DNA of 64,000 nt from an uncultured Nitrospina sp. (GTDB lineage Bacteria > Nitrospinota > Nitrospinia > Nitrospinales > VA-1): NCBI GenBank assembly GCA_964344595.1, contig CAYFNV010000002.1, forward strand, positions 148,289-212,288, given 5' to 3'. Position 1 is the first letter of the stretch. Each line of letters begins with the position of its first letter. Below the pieces are notes generated by a model that saw only the letters and a program-made list of their open reading frames with translations, did no database searches and was not told the origin of the DNA. Shown piece by piece: positions 11,097-20,526 of this stretch. A program made the position numbers and the translations under genes.

Positions 11097-11347
11097 TTGT
11101 TATTAAATATTTTGCCAGCCTTAGAGCCATCGCCAATAAAGACGAAGAAGCTTTGGATATTGAAAAACCAATAACCATGGATCAGTTAAATGATATTATT
11201 TCCAAATCAACTCCGACAATGGGAGAAATTCTCCGAGAGAAAAAAGTAATGATCTCGGTTAATCAGGAAATGGCCTCTGCCGACACCATCATACGAGATG
11301 GGGATGAGGTGGCTTTTCTGCCTCCGTTTTCGGGCGGCACAAAATAA
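11093..11347 (+). CDS. moaD: Molybdopterin synthase sulfur-carrier subunit MoaD (GG followed by two extra residues)
   Basis: 84 aa ThiS/MoaD-type small protein ending ...[13 protein letters not shown]. 4-nt overlap with moaC, immediately upstream of moaE. Confidence 0.8.
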   Translation: MIVIKYFASLRAIANKDEEALDIEKPITMDQLNDIISKSTPTMGEILREKKVMISVNQEMASADTIIRDGDEVAFLPPFSGGTK

Positions 11348-11362
11348 AGTAAGGACAAAATC

Positions 11363-11800
11363 ATGAGCACCACTACCTTTTCTAAAGTAAGAATTCAGTC
11401 AGAAGACTTCTCGGTCACTGATGAAATAGAGGCTATGAAAAAAGTTTCACGCAATATTGGTGGCATTACCACCTTTCTCGGCACAGGAAGAGAATTATCG
11501 AAGGGAGAAAATATCACCAAGCTCAATTTCGAACACTATCCAAAGATGGCAGAGAAAAAGCTTGAAGAGATACGTGAGCAATCCATCAAGGATTTTGGAA
11601 TCATTGACATGAGCATCATTCACCGAATTGGCCCCATAGATATTGGTGAAAATATTGTCCTGATCGTAGCTGTTGGCGAACATCGAAAAGAAACGTTCAA
11701 AGCCTGCGAATGGGCCATTGCAGAACTCAAGCGCACCACACCTATCTGGAAACGCGAAACCACCTCCAAGGGCGAAGTCTGGGTGCAAGATACTCCTTGA
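11363..11800 (+). CDS. moaE: Molybdopterin synthase catalytic subunit MoaE
   Basis: 145 aa. MoaE-like block IVLIVAVGEHRKETFKACEWAIAELKRTTPIWKRE. Gene context moaC-moaD. Confidence 0.85.
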   Translation: MSTTTFSKVRIQSEDFSVTDEIEAMKKVSRNIGGITTFLGTGRELSKGENITKLNFEHYPKMAEKKLEEIREQSIKDFGIIDMSIIHRIGPIDIGENIVLIVAVGEHRKETFKACEWAIAELKRTTPIWKRETTSKGEVWVQDTP

Positions 11801-11806
11801 TCGTAA

Positions 11807-14461
11807 ATGAGCAATCGCTCTCTGCAACCCCTTACCCTTACCGTAAACAGTCGGCTGGCACGCTGGCTTTTGCTGGAACAGGACGAGCAGAAGAAGAAAG
11901 CAGGTGAAAAGGCCTGGGAAACTCCCCAAATATTTTCCTTTGAATCCTGGCTACGTAATATCTGGGTCGAATCCTGGCCTGCCAAATATCTCCTTAGCCA
12001 AATACAATGTGAAAAAATCTGGGAGCAAATCATAATTCAGGACTCCGCCCGTCTTGAACTTCTTCACTTACAAGGTATCGCTTCTCAAGCAAGTGAAGCC
12101 TATGCCTTGATCCATAAATACCGCCTGCCTCTGGCCCCCAAGCTTTATGAACTCACTGATGAAACAAAAGTATTTCTAAACTGGATTGGAAAATATGAAA
12201 GACGCCTATCCTCACTTGGCGCACTGGACCCATGCACACTCATGGACGTGGTCAAGAACTCCATGCAGGCAGGAATAATAAACATCCCACCATTTATTCG
12301 AGTATTGGGTTTTGAAGAACAGAGCCCACAATTAAAAAACTTCCTCGACTTTCTTGTTGAAAAAGGTTCCCGGGTCGACTTCGTGTCAACGGTACCAACT
12401 GAAGAAGCTTTGCAGGAAAAATTGAAAGTACCCTGTGTCCGGGAATACGAGAATAGACAAGAGGAAGCAGAAGCCTGTGCCCGCTGGGTAAGGTCTATAT
12501 TTATACCTGGAAAACGAATCGGCATAGTTGTTCCTGAACTGGATAAGTATCTCACCCTCCTCAAACGTGAATTCTCAGCAGAACTCGTTCCTGAATCCAT
12601 TTTCAAGCTGGATGAACAAGTGTTTAACATTTCATTGGCTCCACCGTTGTCTCAGGAACCCATGATCAAAATAGCACTTGATCTGCTGACAATAAAATCA
12701 TCGACTGTTCCAATCAGCAAATTCCTGTCATTCATTCAGAGTCCTTTTTTGGGTTACGTATTTCCACCTTCCCAGGAAATATCTGATCTGGAGAACAAGT
12801 TAAGAAAGCAAAGGATTCTCTCGATTAACCTCAATCAATTCCAATCAACCTATGGAAACATTCCACAAGCAGACCGGCTAGTTGAAGTTTTGAGGTCATG
12901 GGTAAAGAATAGTGAGTTATTTTTTCCGGAAAAGTGGACAGAGAAAATATCAGCGGTTTTAAAAGCCTTTAATTGGCCTGGAAAATCGAAAGGCTCGACC
13001 AGTCAACAGTTCATTTTGTCTAAACGACATCAGTCATTTGAAGCATGGAAAAATTGTTTGAACCAGTTTTGCTCTCTAAACCAGATCCTCGGTCAAATTA
13101 ACAGAGAGAAAGCTCTCGAACACTTTACCAACATAGTACAAGGCACACCCTTCCAGGTAAAAACACCAGAACATTCTATTCAAATCGTAGGCCTTCTTGA
13201 GTCATCTGGAATGCAGTTTGACCATTTGTGGATTATGGGATGCCATAGTGAAGCATTGCCCACTCACCCTGAGCCCAATCCTTTCATTCCTTATGAAATC
13301 CGTAACAAATTTTTAATCCCGCGTTCCAACTCTCAACGCGAGCTGGAGTTTTCGAAGCAATCATTGAAACGGCTGATCATGGCCAGTCCAGATGTTCATT
13401 GTAGCTTTCCACTTCACGAAGGTGACATGGATCTAGAAATCAGTCCATTAATAAAAAACTTTTCGAAGCTTGATAAAACTACTTACTCTTCAAAACGAAT
13501 AAAAGATCACATATTGGCTTTGAATGACCTGGAAGAGCTCACCGAACCTGAATTTTTACCGGCAACTGATTCTGAAAAGAACCTGTTTTCAACTGAGGGA
13601 GTTTCTTCTGGTTATGCCCTGCTTAAAGATCAGGTGGAGTGCCCCTTTCGAGCTTTTGCTCGTTACCGATTGAATAGTGAACGATATCAAGTTCCTGAAG
13701 TTGACTTTGACAACCTTGATCGAGGCAACGTAATCCATAAAGCTCTGGAACTATTCTGGTTAAACACGATTGATTCGAAAACCCTTTTACAACTTTCTGA
13801 AGGTTCCCTTGAACAACATCTCGACAAATATGTGCGAGAGGCCCTTAAAGTTTGTTCCATACGAACTACAGATCAGACTCAATTCAACAAACTGGAAATA
13901 GATAGAAATATAAGAGTTATTCATGACTGGCTACTGAACATAGAATTGAAAAGGCCTGATTTCAAAATACACAAAATAGAAGAAAGTATTTCTATTAACT
14001 TGGTAGGACTAAAACTTCTTTTAAGAATTGACCGCATCGATGAAGTTCTCGGAAAAGGTTTGTTGTTAATCGACTACAAAGCTGGTAGGGACGCAAAGCC
14101 ATCTGAGTGGTTTGCCGAGAAAATACGCGCTCCACAATTACCCCTTTACTCATTGGCTAAATCCCCTGCAGGTCTGGCCTATGGACATCTGTTAATCGGA
14201 AAACCCGAGTTCAAAGGAACTACCATTCCGGATTTTCCTCTTGGACAATTCAAAAACCATGACTTTAAAAAAATGACAGGGTGTTCTTCCTGGGAAGAAT
14301 TGCTAGATTACTGGAAAAACAGTTTAAACCATGTTGCGGATGAGTTCCTGCAGGGAAAACATAGTGTTTCGCCGATAAACAAAGGTGAGCCTTGTCGCCA
14401 TTGTGAATTCGGCTCTTTTTGCAGAGTTCAGGAAACCCTTGAGACGTGGGAGAGTGACTAA
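11807..14461 (+). CDS. addB: AddB-type double-strand-break repair nuclease subunit (PD-(D/E)XK with Fe-S ligands)
   Basis: 884 aa, no Walker A. C-terminal RecB-type nuclease LLLIDYKAG bracketed by Cys ligands (CPFRAF ... CRHCEFGSFC). Directly upstream of addA. Confidence 0.8.
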   Translation: MSNRSLQPLTLTVNSRLARWLLLEQDEQKKKAGEKAWETPQIFSFESWLRNIWVESWPAKYLLSQIQCEKIWEQIIIQDSARLELLHLQGIASQASEAYALIHKYRLPLAPKLYELTDETKVFLNWIGKYERRLSSLGALDPCTLMDVVKNSMQAGIINIPPFIRVLGFEEQSPQLKNFLDFLVEKGSRVDFVSTVPTEEALQEKLKVPCVREYENRQEEAEACARWVRSIFIPGKRIGIVVPELDKYLTLLKREFSAELVPESIFKLDEQVFNISLAPPLSQEPMIKIALDLLTIKSSTVPISKFLSFIQSPFLGYVFPPSQEISDLENKLRKQRILSINLNQFQSTYGNIPQADRLVEVLRSWVKNSELFFPEKWTEKISAVLKAFNWPGKSKGSTSQQFILSKRHQSFEAWKNCLNQFCSLNQILGQINREKALEHFTNIVQGTPFQVKTPEHSIQIVGLLESSGMQFDHLWIMGCHSEALPTHPEPNPFIPYEIRNKFLIPRSNSQRELEFSKQSLKRLIMASPDVHCSFPLHEGDMDLEISPLIKNFSKLDKTTYSSKRIKDHILALNDLEELTEPEFLPATDSEKNLFSTEGVSSGYALLKDQVECPFRAFARYRLNSERYQVPEVDFDNLDRGNVIHKALELFWLNTIDSKTLLQLSEGSLEQHLDKYVREALKVCSIRTTDQTQFNKLEIDRNIRVIHDWLLNIELKRPDFKIHKIEESISINLVGLKLLLRIDRIDEVLGKGLLLIDYKAGRDAKPSEWFAEKIRAPQLPLYSLAKSPAGLAYGHLLIGKPEFKGTTIPDFPLGQFKNHDFKKMTGCSSWEELLDYWKNSLNHVADEFLQGKHSVSPINKGEPCRHCEFGSFCRVQETLETWESD

Positions 14462-14463
14462 CA

Positions 14464-17400
14464 ATGCTGGCAGATGAAAAAATAAGAACACAGGCTCTGG
14501 AACCTGACCAGTCTTTTATCGTTCAAGCTCCTGCAGGCTCAGGAAAAACTGAACTGCTCATTCAGCGTTATCTCAAACTACTTGGATTGGCAAATTATCC
14601 CGAAGAAATTCTGGCCATGACATTTACGCGCAAAGCCGCTGCAGAAATGAAAGAAAGAGTATTCACCGCCCTCACTGAAGCTCAAACTCATCAACGACCA
14701 GAGCAAACTCATACCAGATTCACATGGGAACTGGCTCGTCAAGTGCTGGATCAGGATCAAAAACGGGAGTGGAATCTGATGTATAACCCTGCCCGCCTGA
14801 GAATTGTAACGATTGATTCTTTTTGTTCCTCATTAACAAGAAGAATGCCATTGTTATCAAGAATGGGAGCAGGACTGAATATTCAGGAAAACGCCAAAAG
14901 TCTTTATCAGGAAACTGCCAGGAGTATACTGAGTTTAACAGAAAGTGAGAACAGCCCTTACGGCGAACTAGTGCGTAACATTCTCCGGCATATAGATAAC
15001 TCAAAAGAAGATTTCGTAAAAAGGATCGTGCAACTGCTAGAGAAAAGAGACCAATGGATGATCTCCTTTTTTGATCCACGTGAAAATCTGGAGTCACATC
15101 CATTAAACGAAGATGACCGCCATGATCTTGAACGCACACTGGTCGGCCTGATAGAAGCCAAACTTACCAACTTGAATGGCTTATTTAGTCCGCAAATTCA
15201 AAAAAAAGTACTACAACTGGCTAACTATTCAGGTAGAAATTTAGAAAACTCAAACCCAACCCATCCATGTGCCTGCCTTGCTAACCTGCAGGAGTTTCCA
15301 GGCACTTCCATCAACAACCTGGAAGCCTGGAAAGGCATTGCTAACCTATTACTGACGCAATCCAACACTTACAGAAAAAAACCAGATGTAAGATTAGGGT
15401 TTCCTGTCGGCACTGAAAGCCTGGCCAAAGAAATGAAAGGTGAGTATATAAAACTGATGGGTTCTGTGGAAAATGACCCTTCCCTTCTTGAAACTTTGGC
15501 AAAAGTTAAAAGGCTTCCTCGAGCTCACTTTACAGATATGGAATGGAATCTGTTGAAATCCACCATACGACTTTTGGCTGAGATAAACAGAAAGCTAAAA
15601 GAAATATTTTCATCCCGAAAAATCACCGATTTCACAGAGATTTCCCTTTCAGCTATAAACGGGCTTGTTCAAAAGGATGAGAATGGCAACATGCAGCCCA
15701 CTGACTTACTGTATTATCTGGATTGTAAAATCCACCATATTCTTGTAGATGAATATCAGGACACTTCTTTCAAACAAGAAGAGCTGCTACACAAGCTCAC
15801 TTCCGAATGGAGTGAAGGAGATGGAAGGACACTGTTTATAGTCGGTGACCCCAAACAATCGATTTACCGTTTCAGGGATGCAGAGGTAGGATTATTCATC
15901 AAAACTCAGAATCGTGGTCTCGGTAGTTTACGTTTAAAACCTTTATCATTGGAATCAAACTTCCGCTCACAAAAAAAGCTGGTTGACTGGGTCAACACCT
16001 GTTTTCAAAAAATTTTTCCAAAATACGAAGATGCTGATCTCGGTGCAATTTCCTATAAACCCTCGTCAGCAGTTTTAAAAGAAAGCCTCCACCCCGGAGT
16101 GCTGTATCACCCCGTTCCTCATCACCAAGATAGCCATATTACTTCAGAAGAAGAAGCACGAATGATCACTACATTGGTCAAGAGTCTGCAATCACAACAT
16201 CCGGGCAAGAGTTTGGCTATTCTGGTCCGAGGGCGAACCCATCTCACCTCTATAGTTAAGTTTTTAAATGAATCTAAGATTGCATATAAAGCTGAGTCCA
16301 TAGACTCTCTTACGGACAGACCAGCAATTCTCGATCTTCTGTCGTTGCTTCGTGCACTACGTTTTCCCGGGGACCGGACAGCGTGGCTATCTATACTAAG
16401 AGCTCCCTGGTGTGGTTTGTCTTTGTCTGATATCCATGCATTAGTGGAATTGAACGCTTCAACCCCTGTATGGGCCCTGCTTAATGACTCATCACGGATT
16501 AAACTTCTTAGCGAAGATGGACAAAAAAGGGCGCAGAATCTTGTTGGCAATATTCAGCAGTTCCTGATCGAATCATTTGACCAGAATTTTCGCGACGTAT
16601 TAGAAGCATGCTGGATTAAGCTAGGCGGCCCCGCCTGCCTTCAGGGAACCAGCCCTGACGATATTGAAGTATTTTTTAACAAGGTCGAAGACATTGTCGC
16701 TTCAGGTCAGGAAGAAAAATTTGAAAACTTTGATTTGATACTTACAGATCTATTTGCAAGTCCACTGGCTGTATCCGAAAATTCAGTACAAATCATGACC
16801 ATGCATAAAGCCAAGGGATTGGAGTTTGATTTTGTAATATTGCCCGGTTTAGGAAAGCGTATCAAGACTGATGAGAAACGTCTTGTTTACTGGATGCCGC
16901 ATGGCGATGACCTGTTACTTGCCCCAATTGAGGAAAAAGGTGGTGAAAGTTCACCGCTTTACGAGTTTTTATCTGATCTGAATAAGGAAAAAGAAGAATA
17001 TGAAATATTAAGGCTCCTTTATGTAGCTGTTACAAGGGCCAAGTCACAATTGCATCTATTTGGGCACCTGGAGCCTTTCAGGGAAAATGAATGGAAACCC
17101 TACTCAAATTCCTTACTAAATAAACTCTGGCCACATATAAAAGATGAATGGCTGGAAAAGCTGAAAGAGGTTGTAGAAAAAGGTACAAGTCTTACAGAGC
17201 AACCCGCAGTAGGAATGCATTCCATTCATCGACTACCTGGAAACTTCATAATTCCAACTCCTGAAAACTCAATTGTAGAAGGACCCATTGTAGATATAGA
17301 GGAGGAAAAATACGTGGAGCCTGAATATTATTGGGCAGGTAATACCACACGATGCCTGGGAAATGTCTTGCACCGCTGCCTACATGACATAGCCGTGGAG

Positions 17401-17865
17401 GGTTTAGAAAACTGGCCAGAGGAAAAAATAGAAAAATTTAAACCACAGCTTAGATCTGCGTTAATGGGTGAAGGGTTACCCCCAGAACAAGCGGATCAGG
17501 CTTTAAAGAAAGGGATTCAAGCTCTCTCCAACCTCTTAGTTGATGAGCGGGCAAAATGGATATTAACTCAACACAAGGATTCTCGTTCAGAGTATCCTCT
17601 TACCTACTTTCAGGGTAATCGTTATATTCGAAATGTCATTGATCGTACCTTTGTGGATAACGAAGTTCGATGGATCATTGATTATAAAACTGGAAGTCAT
17701 GAAGGAAGCGGGAAAAGCCTTGAGTTATTTTTAGATAGTGAAGTAGAGCGCTATAGACATCAATTGGAACGATATGAAACTGTCTTAAGAAAACATGGAG
17801 AGAAACTTCCTATAAAAAAAGCACTCTATTTCCCTATGCTAAAAGCATGGAGAGAAGTTGTTTAA
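14464..17865 (+). CDS. addA: AddA-type helicase-nuclease (UvrD/Rep helicase plus RecB nuclease)
   Basis: 1133 aa. APAGSGKT, VDEYQDTS, TMHKAKGLEFD, YVAVTRAK. C-terminal nuclease WIIDYKTG. Starts 3 nt after addB. Confidence 0.85.
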   Translation: MLADEKIRTQALEPDQSFIVQAPAGSGKTELLIQRYLKLLGLANYPEEILAMTFTRKAAAEMKERVFTALTEAQTHQRPEQTHTRFTWELARQVLDQDQKREWNLMYNPARLRIVTIDSFCSSLTRRMPLLSRMGAGLNIQENAKSLYQETARSILSLTESENSPYGELVRNILRHIDNSKEDFVKRIVQLLEKRDQWMISFFDPRENLESHPLNEDDRHDLERTLVGLIEAKLTNLNGLFSPQIQKKVLQLANYSGRNLENSNPTHPCACLANLQEFPGTSINNLEAWKGIANLLLTQSNTYRKKPDVRLGFPVGTESLAKEMKGEYIKLMGSVENDPSLLETLAKVKRLPRAHFTDMEWNLLKSTIRLLAEINRKLKEIFSSRKITDFTEISLSAINGLVQKDENGNMQPTDLLYYLDCKIHHILVDEYQDTSFKQEELLHKLTSEWSEGDGRTLFIVGDPKQSIYRFRDAEVGLFIKTQNRGLGSLRLKPLSLESNFRSQKKLVDWVNTCFQKIFPKYEDADLGAISYKPSSAVLKESLHPGVLYHPVPHHQDSHITSEEEARMITTLVKSLQSQHPGKSLAILVRGRTHLTSIVKFLNESKIAYKAESIDSLTDRPAILDLLSLLRALRFPGDRTAWLSILRAPWCGLSLSDIHALVELNASTPVWALLNDSSRIKLLSEDGQKRAQNLVGNIQQFLIESFDQNFRDVLEACWIKLGGPACLQGTSPDDIEVFFNKVEDIVASGQEEKFENFDLILTDLFASPLAVSENSVQIMTMHKAKGLEFDFVILPGLGKRIKTDEKRLVYWMPHGDDLLLAPIEEKGGESSPLYEFLSDLNKEKEEYEILRLLYVAVTRAKSQLHLFGHLEPFRENEWKPYSNSLLNKLWPHIKDEWLEKLKEVVEKGTSLTEQPAVGMHSIHRLPGNFIIPTPENSIVEGPIVDIEEEKYVEPEYYWAGNTTRCLGNVLHRCLHDIAVEGLENWPEEKIEKFKPQLRSALMGEGLPPEQADQALKKGIQALSNLLVDERAKWILTQHKDSRSEYPLTYFQGNRYIRNVIDRTFVDNEVRWIIDYKTGSHEGSGKSLELFLDSEVERYRHQLERYETVLRKHGEKLPIKKALYFPMLKAWREVV

Positions 17866-18359
17866 CATAGTCACAAAGCTACTCAACAAAACAAGTTTCC
17901 AATAAAAACTTCTAATTACGTTTTCATACCCTTATAAAATGCCTGCCTTTTACTAATTCTAATATACCACCAATAGTTTTCCTGTCTTAACCATAAAGTC
18001 AACGGGTGATTTAGCCGATAAGTAATTAACGCCTGACTATAATTTTAATTGATAGTGGGTAAAGCTGAGCGGTAACAGAAAGTCTGTTCTCTTTTATCTG
18101 ACAAGTTGAGGTAAAAAGAAATGTACCTTGTTAAGCCCCAGCGTAATATACATTTATGGGTTCGATTTCAAATCGAACGTTTGAAACTAAGGTTCTGGTG
18201 GAAGCATTTAAAATATATTACCACCAGGCAATTCATGGGACACTAGGAACACTTCAAGCCCCATCCTTCTTCTCCCCTATAACCTATTGTAATCCTCCCT
18301 CAGTTTAGTTAACCTGAGTGAAGAAATGAGCTTTCTATCAACTTTGCAAGGGTTCTATA

Positions 18360-19553
18360 ATGGACGAAATTCGTTATTTCATGGAAGAGTCTTTAGTATA
18401 TGCCACCCCTGACACCTCTATCAAAGAAGCCGCACAAAAAATGCGTCACCACTCAATCAGCTCGATTCTAATTGGCGAGAGCGATAACTACACCCAGGTA
18501 CTGACTGATACCGACTTGATCAGAAAATTTGCGATTAAGGATATGGACCCTGTCAAAACCAATGTTTCTATGATTGCAAATAACCCTATCATCACATTGG
18601 ATGCCAGTCGACCCATGGAAGAAGCCTATGAGTATATGCGCAAGAATAATATTCGACATATAGGAATAACGGAAAAAGACAAGATGACAGGAATACTGTC
18701 CATTAAAGACTTTGCCAACTACTATCACAATAAGTTTTGTCAAGAGGTAGGGGAAAAAGGCGAAATTCAATACTTCATGAAAGGCCCTGTATTAGGTATA
18801 GATGCTAACAGCACTGTCCTAGAAGCCGCACAAAAAATGTCTCAACATAAAGTAGGATGTTTGCTTGTCTCGGAAGAGGGAAAAGTAAAAGGAGTTTTTT
18901 CTGAGTCTGCCCTCACTATGGACGTTATAGCAGCTGGACGCCCATTGAGCACAACCATTTTATCTACTGTACTAGTCCGTCAATTAATCACTATGGACTG
19001 CAGTCAGACCATGGCAGATGCGTATCAAAAAATGCGGGAAAATAATATTCGCCATCTTTCCATCGCTCGTGGAAATAAAATAGTTGGCATTCTTTCCATA
19101 AAAGATTTTGCAAATTATTACAGCTTTAAATATTGCCAATGCAATAACCAGGAAGATCAGGTAGGCAACTACATGCAGGAAAAACTTGGAACTATTTCAG
19201 GTTCAACTTCCGTACAAAATGCTGCTAAAGTCATGAAGGATAATAAAATAGGTTCATTATTAGTAACTCATGATGGTGAAATAGTAGGAATCGTTACTGA
19301 AGAAATTTTTACACGTAAAGTATTAGGAGAAGGGCTGGATCCAAAAAGCACAAAAGTTTCAGAGCTCATGGAGAAACCAGCAACCGTAAAAAGTAATCAG
19401 GTAATGGACACTGCCCTTACCTCCATGCACGACAACAATGCACGCTACCTGGGTGTTACAGAAGCCAACAAAATCATAGGTATTATTTCTTTAAAGGATT
19501 TAACCGTCTATTATAAAAACAAATTTATATCAGCTCAGGATATCGAAGATTAA
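18360..19553 (+). CDS. Stand-alone protein of three tandem CBS pairs (three Bateman modules)
   Basis: 397 aa. Three-fold internal repeat, each unit ending in (G)I(L/I)S(I/L)KD(F/L)(ANY/TVY)Y. No other domain. Confidence 0.8.
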   Translation: MDEIRYFMEESLVYATPDTSIKEAAQKMRHHSISSILIGESDNYTQVLTDTDLIRKFAIKDMDPVKTNVSMIANNPIITLDASRPMEEAYEYMRKNNIRHIGITEKDKMTGILSIKDFANYYHNKFCQEVGEKGEIQYFMKGPVLGIDANSTVLEAAQKMSQHKVGCLLVSEEGKVKGVFSESALTMDVIAAGRPLSTTILSTVLVRQLITMDCSQTMADAYQKMRENNIRHLSIARGNKIVGILSIKDFANYYSFKYCQCNNQEDQVGNYMQEKLGTISGSTSVQNAAKVMKDNKIGSLLVTHDGEIVGIVTEEIFTRKVLGEGLDPKSTKVSELMEKPATVKSNQVMDTALTSMHDNNARYLGVTEANKIIGIISLKDLTVYYKNKFISAQDIED

Positions 19554-19713
19554 CTTTTTTCACTGACACCAGTCAAGCAACGTATTCTGTTTCAGCCCAT
19601 ACAATCAACTTCACTATCCTGGCCTTATTATAGTTTTGGGAAGCTATTCAAAAGATCCGATTTCTCTTCATAAGAGATATCCGAGTTAAAACAGATGAAG
19701 GGCTCAGAATATC

Positions 19714-20190
19714 TTGAGACAAAATAGAAAAAAACAATTACTACTATTATCAGGATTATGCCTGCTTAGCTATGTGTTTTATCCATGGCAGAGCCTGGCC
19801 CAGGAAGATGTAAATGAAAGATTTGTAAATATAGGTTTGATCAGCATCTCCAATCTATATACATTGCCAGAGAAAACAAATACTATTATTTTTAGAATCA
19901 AAAATAATACAACACGCACCATCAGCCAGATCTATGGCTGGGTTTATGTGTATGACATAGGACCTGAAGGAAAAGGAAAGAACTTTGTACTTCTTAACAA
20001 CCCACATAAAGGGGGCAATATTATTAAAGGCTATCCACATTTACCGGGAACAGTATCAGAATGGAGTTTTCCTTTAGTACGTGAACCCTTTATCGCCGAC
20101 CAGCAAATTGAATACACGTTGCGGGTCCACCCCCGATCCATCTTTTTTGCCAGAGTCGAAACACAAAACAAGTCGACCACACAACCTTAA
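19714..20190 (+). CDS. Hypothetical secreted protein
   Basis: 158 aa, TTG start. Signal-like N-terminus LLLLSGLCLLSYVFYPWQSLAQE. No family recognised. Confidence 0.5.
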   Translation: MRQNRKKQLLLLSGLCLLSYVFYPWQSLAQEDVNERFVNIGLISISNLYTLPEKTNTIIFRIKNNTTRTISQIYGWVYVYDIGPEGKGKNFVLLNNPHKGGNIIKGYPHLPGTVSEWSFPLVREPFIADQQIEYTLRVHPRSIFFARVETQNKSTTQP

Positions 20191-20192
20191 AA

Positions 20193-20508
20193 TGGGATAG
20201 TTACCATTTGCATGTGCAAAGTTTGTAAAATGATTTTGAGCTGACTTCCGGATGTCATCGCGAATGACCGAAGGGAATGCGGCGATCCAGTTTCTTTCTG
20301 GATTGCTTCGTCACCTTTGGTTCCTCGCAAAGACAGCTGCAAAAGGATTTTTAAATATAAATCCTTGCCGTGGTAGAGCCTGTTGACCCTGTGTGTAAAC
20401 TGCGTAGCAGTTTTCCACAAGCCAACAGGCAGATCAATGTGGATTCTCCTTTTTTCTAGTTTAGAAAAGTTTTTGCAAAATTTGTAAACACAAATGTAGC
20501 TTATTGCA
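20193..20508 (-). mobile_element. 316-bp MITE-like non-autonomous element, copy A
   Basis: Reverse complement matches 48325-48640 base for base in my reading. 7-bp direct repeat CTTAAAA at 20186-20192 and 20509-20515. TG...CA termini and imperfect ~38-bp terminal inverted repeats. No ORF of transposase size. Confidence 0.8.
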
Positions 20509-20526
20509 CTTAAAATCAAAAACAAG

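Noticed and set aside
18158-18178. GGGTTCGATTTCAAATCGAAC, reminiscent of a tRNA T-arm
   Set aside because: The loop is not the T-psi-C consensus. I could not build acceptor, D or anticodon arms from the flanking sequence.
20031-20039. CTATCCACA, an 8 of 9 match to a DnaA box
   Set aside because: It is a single occurrence inside a coding region. There is no cluster, no AT-rich unwinding element and no dnaA or dnaN nearby.
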